This document shows positions 55,805 through 64,000 of a stretch of DNA of 64,000 bases, piece after piece. The notes below the pieces were generated by a model. That model was not told the origin of the DNA and did no database searches. It saw only the letters and a list, made by a program, of their open reading frames with translations. Source of the stretch: Eledone cirrhosa (taxonomy: Eukaryota); the NCBI GenBank assembly GCA_964016885.1, contig OZ024740.1, positions 203,236,001 through 203,300,000 of the forward strand, read 5' to 3'. The number at the start of each line of letters is the position of its first letter. Position 1 is the stretch's first letter. A program made the translations under genes and the position numbers.

Positions 55805-56760
55805 TTCCTTGAATCTCAGTCATTGATGTTGGTCAACTGGAAAGTCCGTTGGAATGAATATCAAGCCACTACCTGCAGCCTCAGATATTCAGGACGTATC
55901 GGAGGGTTCTTGCTGTTCCAAGCAAGCATGCCTTTTGAAGCGTTCCAAAAAGCGTGAAGGGGCCGATTTTCTTTAACCATCCCTGGAAACTTTTGGAGAT
56001 AGTCCCCAGTGCGCCTATGACAATCGGGATCACTTTGACTTCATGGCAGTTCCAAATCCTTTTCACCTCCCACTTTAGGTCCTGGTATCGGTTAATTTTC
56101 TCCCTCTCCTTCTCTTGCACTCTCGTGTCGAACGGGCAGGCCACATCCACAATCAGACACGATCTTTTTTCCTTGTCCACAACCACCAGGTCAGGTCTAT
56201 TGTGTTCCAGTTTTTTGTCCGTCTGTATCCTAAAATCCCACAGCACCTTCACCTGATTGTTCTCCACCACCGCCTCCGGCCTATGCTCATACCATTTCTC
56301 AGAATGTGGTAAATTGTTTACTTTGCACAGGTGCCAGTGGATCACCCTGCCCATCACATCGTGTCTCCAGCCCTTATAGTGGGTCTGGGCTAGGTGTTTA
56401 CACTCGGACACAATGTGAGCCACAGTCTCCTCTCTCTCTCCACAGATCCTGCACAGTGGGCTAGCCTCCTCCTTGTAAATATGGTGCTTCAACCACTTCG
56501 TTTTGAGGGCCTGCTCCTGCGCAGCCATTATCATTCCTTCTGTAGCCTTTTTGAGGTCTCCTCTTCTCAACCAGTTCCATGTCTGTGGATCTCTAAATTC
56601 AGTTTTCTCAAAGAAGGTACTATGAAGGGATTTTCCCTTAAGGCTGCTCTTCCTCCTTGATGTTATTTCCTCCTTGGACATCCCCTGGCCTACTGTCCCC
56701 TCCTTCAGTACAGTTTTGAGCATTGGCTCCTTACTATAGGTCACGTATTTGTATAGGTTG

Positions 56761-56762
<2 letters not shown>
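55805..56762 (-). mobile_element. 5'-truncated R4/Dong element inserted in (TAA)n; intact C-terminal frame 55881-56744
   Basis: LKKATEGMIMAAQEQ, CRIC..ETVAHIVSEC, RHD, LWDFRIQTD..HNRPDLVVVD..IVDVACP..EKINRY; (TTA)n on both flanks. Confidence 0.93.
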
Positions 56763-56807
<45 letters not shown>

Positions 56808-57368
56808 TGATTGGCAGTATCGGTAGAGAGTCGGACACCATATTTTGCAGCATAGAGTTACGGCCCTTTATGATCTGAGTTCAAATCCCGCCGAGGTTAA
56901 CTTTGCCTTTCATCCTTACGGGGTCGATAAAATAAAGCACCAGTAACGTACGGCGGCGGCGATGGTGGTAATGGTGGTGGTGGTGGTGGTGGTGGCGGCG
57001 GCGACAGTGGTGATGATGGTAATAACAACGATGATGACAATGGTGATGATGGTGATGATGACTGACAATGGTGATGCTAGTGATGATGGTGATGATGGTG
57101 ATGACAACAAAGGTGATGATTTAAAATCAAAACCAAAAAGATATTCACCAGAATAACATCATATTTATTTATAAATAAGGAATATATTACATCAAATATT
57201 GGCACACTTGATTAAATGTGTGATTTGGCTCAGTATATTACTGGTACTTCTTGATTTTATTGATTTTTTTAATCATAAAAGGCAAAATAACCTAAAACAT
57301 TTAGTTCAAACAAGAGACATTTTATTTGGTTTCTGTTGGAGTGTTTAGGTTATGGAGACTACTAAAAT

Positions 57369-57421
<53 letters not shown>

Positions 57422-57430
57422 ATGCATACA

Positions 57431-57645
57431 CTAAACTTTAGCATAACAATGATGTTTCAGACATCTTACTTTGGAGCAGGTTCCAACACAAGTTGTATAG
57501 AGGACACACAAATGAGAATATATGCAGTAAACCTGACACTTTTTATTGATGTTGCAATAGAATGCGCATTGCATGTAGTTTGTTGTTTTAATGGTGTGCA
57601 ATGTGGCTGCACAGGTTGCACCATCTTCTATCTGGTGGTAATAAC
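57431..57645 (-). CDS. Terminal coding exon of host gene: Cys-rich PAN/Apple-like domain
   Basis: Acceptor tctttctactttcag; (G)YYHQIEDGATCAATLHTIKTTNYMQCAFYCNINKKCQVYCIYSHLCVLYTTCVGTCSKVRCLKHHCYAKV*; AATAAA at 57321-57326; alternative donor possible at 57469. Confidence 0.75.
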
Positions 57646-57743
57646 CTGAAAGTAGAAAGACATTGATTCAAGATGAAAGAACAAATAATTTTTTTGTATT
57701 TTTAATTATTGATATCTTCCAAAAGAAAACAGGAAGACATAAT

Positions 57744-57924
57744 TGTTTCTACTTTAGGCACAAGGCCAGCAATTATCCAGTACATTACTGGTACTTTATT
57801 TTATCGACCCCGTAAGGATGAAAGGCAAAGTTAACCTCGGCGGGATTTGAACTCAGACCATAAAGGGACGTAACTATGCTGGAAAGCATGGCGTCCGACC
57901 CTCTACCGATACTGCCAATCCACC
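57744..57924 (-). mobile_element. Young intronic SINE with 16-bp TSD
   Basis: AACAGGAAGACATAAT at 57728-57743 and 57925-57940. Confidence 0.9.
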
Positions 57925-58022
57925 AACAGGAAGACATAATGTTGGCCCATTTGGATTGCTTGCATTGTTCATTAAATAGTTAATGTAGTGTAGTAAATAA
58001 ATATATATATATATATATATAT

Positions 58023-58590
58023 ACCAGATCCAAACACAAAGGAACCAAACGGCCATCGTCACTGCCTCCATCTCTCCCACTCTCCCCATCTCTCACTATT
58101 ATATGGGGACCCACATGCTGGCCGCTCCACAGCCCCAGTGGACAGAATAGAAAGAGTGTTTCCTCAGAGGATGATGAGCGAAACGCACTGGATGAGCCAT
58201 TCCAGCTCACGAGGTTCAAACCTGCAGCTAGCCAACTCTGTACCGATAGTGGTGAGTAGGGAGTTGGTCCTAGAGCCAAGGACACCAGAAGTTTCCACTG
58301 CTATGGGCTCAACCACAAACCTTTTGGAGAGCGACCGATATTTGGAGAGTTTACCCTTCTCGATCCGAAGTGCAGCAGAGCCTGGGTTAGTCACACACTG
58401 CACCAGGTTGCCACTGAAAAATGTGTCAGTGCATGTGGCATTCAAGATGAGGGATTTACAACCACAGAATAAGGAGATGGTCATGCCATCTGGGTTTTTG
58501 CCATCCCCTCGATCCATCCCCGTCAGCTTGAGCTGGGAGGGGAAGCCTGCAAAAGGGGAAGCCATGCTTTATCACCACGTTGAAAGCAGA
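58023..58590 (-). mobile_element. CRE-like non-LTR 3' fragment (restriction-like endonuclease); second UTR-only copy at 63841-63910
   Basis: RGDGKNPDGMTI..ATCTDTF..K..KY..EPIAVETSGVLG. Confidence 0.75.
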
Positions 58591-58924
58591 TAATTATTGT
58601 TGTGATTGTGGTAGTAATGGGGTGGGGGTTCTTTTACAAGTATTCTGGGATATCCTATCATAACATTCATTTATTGACTTCAGTCAGTAGATGACCCAAC
58701 AACCAATTGATTCACCCCTACTGTAAGGTAACTAACTTCCGATCTGCCTCTCTCAATGTTGGTACACTGAAAGGTAGATTAGGTAAAAGTGTGGGGATAC
58801 TTGTACAGAAGCAAGCTACTGTGAGACTGAATCCGAAACTATGTGGTTATGAAGCAAACTCGTTAAACATAGTCATGCCTGTAAGTGAAAGCCATAAAAT
58901 GAATTTACATTATATACCACTTAC

Positions 58925-58990
58925 CATTTCCATATATCCAATGTTTCTCGCAGACAAATGCCACCAACATTATATGTCCCTTACTTCCAT
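58925..58990 (-). CDS. 66-nt phase 1-1 exon of host gene (C-type-lectin-like C-terminal strand)
   Basis: ctttctag|..|gtaagt; (D)GSKGHIMLVAFVCEKHWIYGN(G); phases match both neighbouring exons. Confidence 0.75.
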
Positions 58991-59049
58991 CTAGAAAGTT
59001 CACAAATTTTTCTGTAGAAATTATTGGTAAAACAAAAGATATATATTTA

Positions 59050-59520
59050 TTATCATCATTATCATCATTTAACATTTACTTTCTCTACTGACATGGGTTG
59101 AATGGATCATCATAGTCTGTAACTAGAGGAAACAGAGAGACCACACTGTGCTCAGACGTTCCATATTAGCATGGTTTCTATGGTTGGATGTCCTTCCTAA
59201 TGCCAACCACTTTACAGTGTGTACAGGGTGTATTTTATCATGGCATCAACACTATTACTTTTCATTGTGTACTGAGTGCATATTATTGTAGCCTGTGCAC
59301 TACTACATCACTGCATGAACTGTGTGCATTTTATCATGGCCCCAGTGCTACTACTTGACAGTGTGTACTAGGTACATTTTATCATTACATCTTTACTACA
59401 ATTTTACAGCATGTACTAGTGAAATTTATTGTGACTCCAACTCTACCACTTTTCAGAGTGTACTGGGTGCATGTTATCATAGCACCAGCACTAGAGAGGT
59501 TGTCATATAGTTGGCAAGAC
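59050..59520 (-). mobile_element. RTE 3'-UTR-derived repeat with internal tandem units; related to 62612-62830
   Basis: Shared CATGGGTT..TTTCTA(T/C)GG..GATG.CCTTCCTAA..CCAACCAC..TACAGTGTG. Confidence 0.6.
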
Positions 59521-60489
59521 TGAAGAGTCCTCTCTACCCTTTCCTGTCTACATTCATAGAAACTATTGTTACTGTATATATATAACAAAATACATTGCCT
59601 CTGATTTTCAAATAATTTTGAAAATAATAAAAAATTTGGAGATATTTTGCAATATATCTAACTTTCTTACTCTGTTACTCTATTACAAGTTCCAGTCAAA
59701 GAGCTTAGGCCATGCTGGGGCACCGCCATTATCTAATGTTTTGGAACACAGTTCCACAGATTTTTCCATAAAATTATCATGGTTAGACTTTGAGCAACCA
59801 TAAAAACCCAGCCAAGACACAGTCCTGATATGTGCAAGGTATGGCGCGGCCATCTAGCCAGACTTGACTCAGCTCAGTTTAATTTACACAATGTTGGCTG
59901 TTGGAAACACAGATTTATTATAAATATGTAGAATGAATTACAAATCACATCAAGAAAATTTGGGAGAGTTGATTTCCCTACCATTAAAAATAACAAGAGG
60001 TTGCATATACTGGAGCAACCTACAATATCCATCAACAGTAAAATTGACTTAAGTTTTGCTACCACTGGAGAAGTACCCTGTTAGACAATTTCTAACAACT
60101 GATCCCAGACATCCCACAAAGACCACCATAGCTCTACTTAAACCACATGTATGTGTGGGACAGACAGCTTCCACCCTCAAGTCGGCACACATACCATGAC
60201 AACTCCTACACCAATCTGACACCAACATCCACCCTCAAGTCAGCACACACACCATGACAATACCTATACCACTCTGACACCAACATCAGACCCACCAAAG
60301 GGTCACCCTATACATCAACTAAACATTCAGCCCTTCAGCAACATTACACATAATAGATGACTTGACAGACTAATGCCACCAGGACATCCATGAATATACA
60401 TTAAAGCTCCGACATCTGGCAACTGACTTGGTAGACACCCACAAGATTATTAACCATCTTTCCAACAACAACTCTGAGCACCTTTTTGA

Positions 60490-60855
60490 ATTCCATGTCT
60501 AATACACATGGATATGCTTACAAAATCAGAAAAAAGTACAGCTCCCATGACTTTCGGAAACATTTTTTCACACTCGGAGTTGCTGAAGCATAGAACAAAC
60601 TACTTACATCGGTTGTTAGCTGTCGGGACACTGCATCCTTCAAAACCTCCATGCTTCCCGAAATTTGCCAACACTACACCTGATATCCCCCCTTTATACA
60701 CACACTCATGTGTGTGTGTGTCTGTGTGTATATCATGACTCATACACTGTTCACTTTCCTGACATTTCTACATTATTCTATGTACTATGCATGCACTTTT
60801 GGTGAATTGTAGTGCACCTGAGCACTGTACACAGTACTTTTCATTATTATATTAT
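60490..60855 (+). mobile_element. CR1/L2-like LINE 3' end
   Basis: HGYAYKIRK..DFRKHFF..VAEA*NKL..SVV..SFK; (ATT)n tail. Confidence 0.65.
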
Positions 60856-61085
60856 ATCTGGCCTTGTGCCTATATAAGAAACCATTATTATATTATATCT
60901 AGTGTTTCTGAATTGCTTCAAACTTAAGATGCCAGAAAGATTCATAGTTTCCCATGCAGGCTCATTCAACTGATGTTGCTGACTTAACAACACCACCATG
61001 TGATCTGAACCAACCAATGGGTGCCCTTAACAACACATACCCCGAAACTACATTTTCCATATTGTTTGTTTTTCTTATTGTTCAA

Positions 61086-61135
61086 TGCATCTGATGAGAT
61101 AGGGGTGTTTACATCTTGAAACTGCTGGTAATGCA
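61086..61135 (+). ncRNA. Type I hammerhead ribozyme candidate, antisense within the host-gene intron
   Basis: tgcat CTGATGA gat..atctt GAAAC TGCTG GTA atgca: 5-bp stem I, intact core, GUA triplet, imperfect stem II. Confidence 0.7.
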
Positions 61136-61284
61136 GAGTTAAGTTAAACTGTTGATATAAATACTTACAACTTTTACATTATGTGGTGATTTTCTCTTTT
61201 CTTTCATTTGTACTTATTTGTGTGTGTCAGTACAGACCAACAACTAACACATACACACACATATAAACACACCCTCTTATACAC

Positions 61285-62075
61285 TCACATGTCCTCACAG
61301 CTTTGTACTTACAACAAAACACACACACACAAACACACACACACTCTTAAACTTATATACACAGATGTCTTCACAGCTTTGTACTTACAACAAAACACAC
61401 ACATATCCTCACAGCTTTGTAGTTACAACAAAACACACACATGTCTTCACAGCTTTGTAGTTACAACAAAACACACATGTCTTCACAGCTTTGTAGTTAC
61501 AACAAAACGCACACATGTCTTCACAGCTTTGTAGTTACAACAAAACACACATGTCTTCACAGCTTTGTAGTTACAACAAAACACACACATGTCTTCACAG
61601 CTTTGTAGTTACAACAAAACACACACATGTCTTCACAGCTTTGTAGTTACAACAAAACACACATGTCTTCACAGCTTTGTACTTACAACAAAACACACAT
61701 GTCTTCACAGCTTTGTACTTACAACAAAACACACACATGTCTTCACAGCTTTGTAGTTACAACAAAACACACACATGTCTTCACAGCTTTGTACTTACAA
61801 TAAAACACACACGTCTTCACAGATTTGTACTTACAACAAAACACACACACACACAAACACACATGCACACTCTCTTAAACTTATATATACAAAAATATCC
61901 TCATAGCTTTGTACAGACACACAGAACACACATAAACACACACACATAAACACACCCTCTTAAACTTATACACACACATATCCTCACAGCTTTGTACTTA
62001 CAACAAAACACACGCACACACACAAACACACACACTCTTAAACTTATATATACACACACATCCTCATAGCTTCAT
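61285..62075. repeat. 38-40-bp minisatellite (ACACACATGTCTTCACAGCTTTGTASTTACAACAAAAC)
   Basis: About 12 near-identical core units. Confidence 0.95.
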
Positions 62076-62317
62076 ACAGACACACATACATGCTCTATAT
62101 ACAAAACGATTTTTTCCTTTTCAGCTAGACCCCTTCGATTACTACCTTTTAAAACAAGACCGACTGATTTTCTTATACACTAAAAACCAGATTCAACAGT
62201 TTTCTAAGAGATGGTAACTTGAGTAGACCTGTTTTTTCTCAAAGAATTTTTTTTTTTTGTTTCTGCCACTGTCTACCCTCCTCTATCTTTCTATTTCTTC
62301 TTTAATTTCTCATTCTA

Positions 62318-62353
62318 TTTTCTGGTGAAAGACAAGCGTCCGAAACGTTAAAA
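62318..62353 (+). ncRNA. Degenerate minimal hammerhead, same family as 41623
   Basis: tttt CTGGTGA a agac aagc gtcc GAAACGTT aaaa; shared downstream CAAGCGT.AA..TAATA; later (TA)n. Confidence 0.5.
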
Positions 62354-62494
62354 TTATTTTCCTACTATATCAAGCGTAAAAATAATAATATATTTCTTGA
62401 TTTTCTTTGTTATTTCTGTTTGCCTTTTGCATTCATCTCGAATTTTGTTTATCGTGAACTCGTGCGCCGATTTTTCGATACTCGATTATTCTAC

Positions 62495-63285
<791 letters not shown>

Positions 63286-63657
63286 TGCGTGTATGTATAT
63301 ATATATACATACACACAAAGAAAATGATTGATAGATTGGTGGATAGATAGATATACACATGTGTGTACAAATAAAAGAAAAGAGCAATATATATAGATGT
63401 GTACCATTAACAAGACAATTTACAAAACTACTAATCCCATGACATTCAACAAAAGCCATGGATTAAAGTTGTTTCTGAGTGTGTATATGCGTGTGTGTGT
63501 GAGAGAGAGAGAGAGAGGGGGGGGATCCTGGTTACCTAAATGTACTGTGACTAGGAATAAGCTGAGTTGGTCATGGCTGAACTAGCTTTGATCACATATC
63601 AGCTGAATCAGAGCTGATCTAGAACAAAATAGTATATCACAGATTGTTGTTACTTAC

Positions 63658-63730
63658 CATATATACTCTGGATTAAATTGTTCTTCTGGCGTTTGATACT
63701 GAAAAGGTTCATTCCATATTCCTTGCAGAT
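63658..63730 (-). CDS. 73-nt exon of host gene (C-type-lectin-like N-terminal part); gene probably continues beyond the window
   Basis: acttttacag|..|gtaagt; ICKEYGMNLFSIKRQKNNLIQSIY fits the C-x3-G-x2-L-x-SI pattern; phase 1 end joins the next exon. Confidence 0.7.
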
Positions 63731-64000
63731 CTGTAAAAGTAGTAGATCATGTCAAACATGAAAATTTTATAACTTAAACCATTTATACTTTTATATGACT
63801 CTCTTATGTGTGAGTGTGTGTCCATGAAGCCTATACATATACACCAGGTCCAAACACAAAGGAGCCAAACTCCCACTGTCACTACCTCTGTCTCTCCTGC
63901 TCTCCCCATGTTGTGTTGTTATTTTAATAATACTTTTGATACCAAACTACCTTGGGTTCTATGATACCAAATTGTTTCTTTTAAAGTGTTTATAATTTAT

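Noticed and set aside
63554-63618. Extra minus-strand exon (ttgttctag..gtaacc)
   Set aside because: Intron would be under 40 nt and the required frame has a stop
63941-63967. Possible upstream exon KQFGIIEPK
   Set aside because: Phase fits, but acceptor and donor are weak and it is at the window edge; unsupported

Overview
AT-rich, microsatellite-saturated animal genomic DNA. The SINE repertoire suggests an octopus-like cephalopod (inference from recalled repeat motifs, no database search). It is mostly transposable-element debris and simple repeats. Contents: (1) the 3' end of one host gene on the minus strand (exons 63730-63658, 58990-58925, 57645-57431) encoding an abbreviated C-type-lectin-like segment plus a Cys-rich PAN/Apple-like domain, missed by the ORF track. 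(2) Many Penelope-like element (PLE) ends inserted in (TA)n, carrying about 10 intact or degenerate minimal hammerhead ribozyme motifs. Four adjacent ones (3.6-6.3 kb) are fold-back structures, including a spacerless 418-bp palindrome centred beside a ribozyme core. (3) A 5'-truncated Naiad-like PLE with a nearly intact RT-thumb/GIY-YIG ORF. (4) A full-length decayed L1/Tx1 LINE with a 15-bp TSD. (5) R4/Dong, RTE, CRE, CR1, Helitron and hAT remnants, and young SINEs with TSDs. (6) An 11-kb (CACCAW)n array with a 3,040-bp internal duplication, plus other satellites. (7) A candidate housekeeping promoter near 18.4 kb. There is no CRISPR array, rRNA or true tRNA, and the giant ORFs in the track are repeat artefacts.
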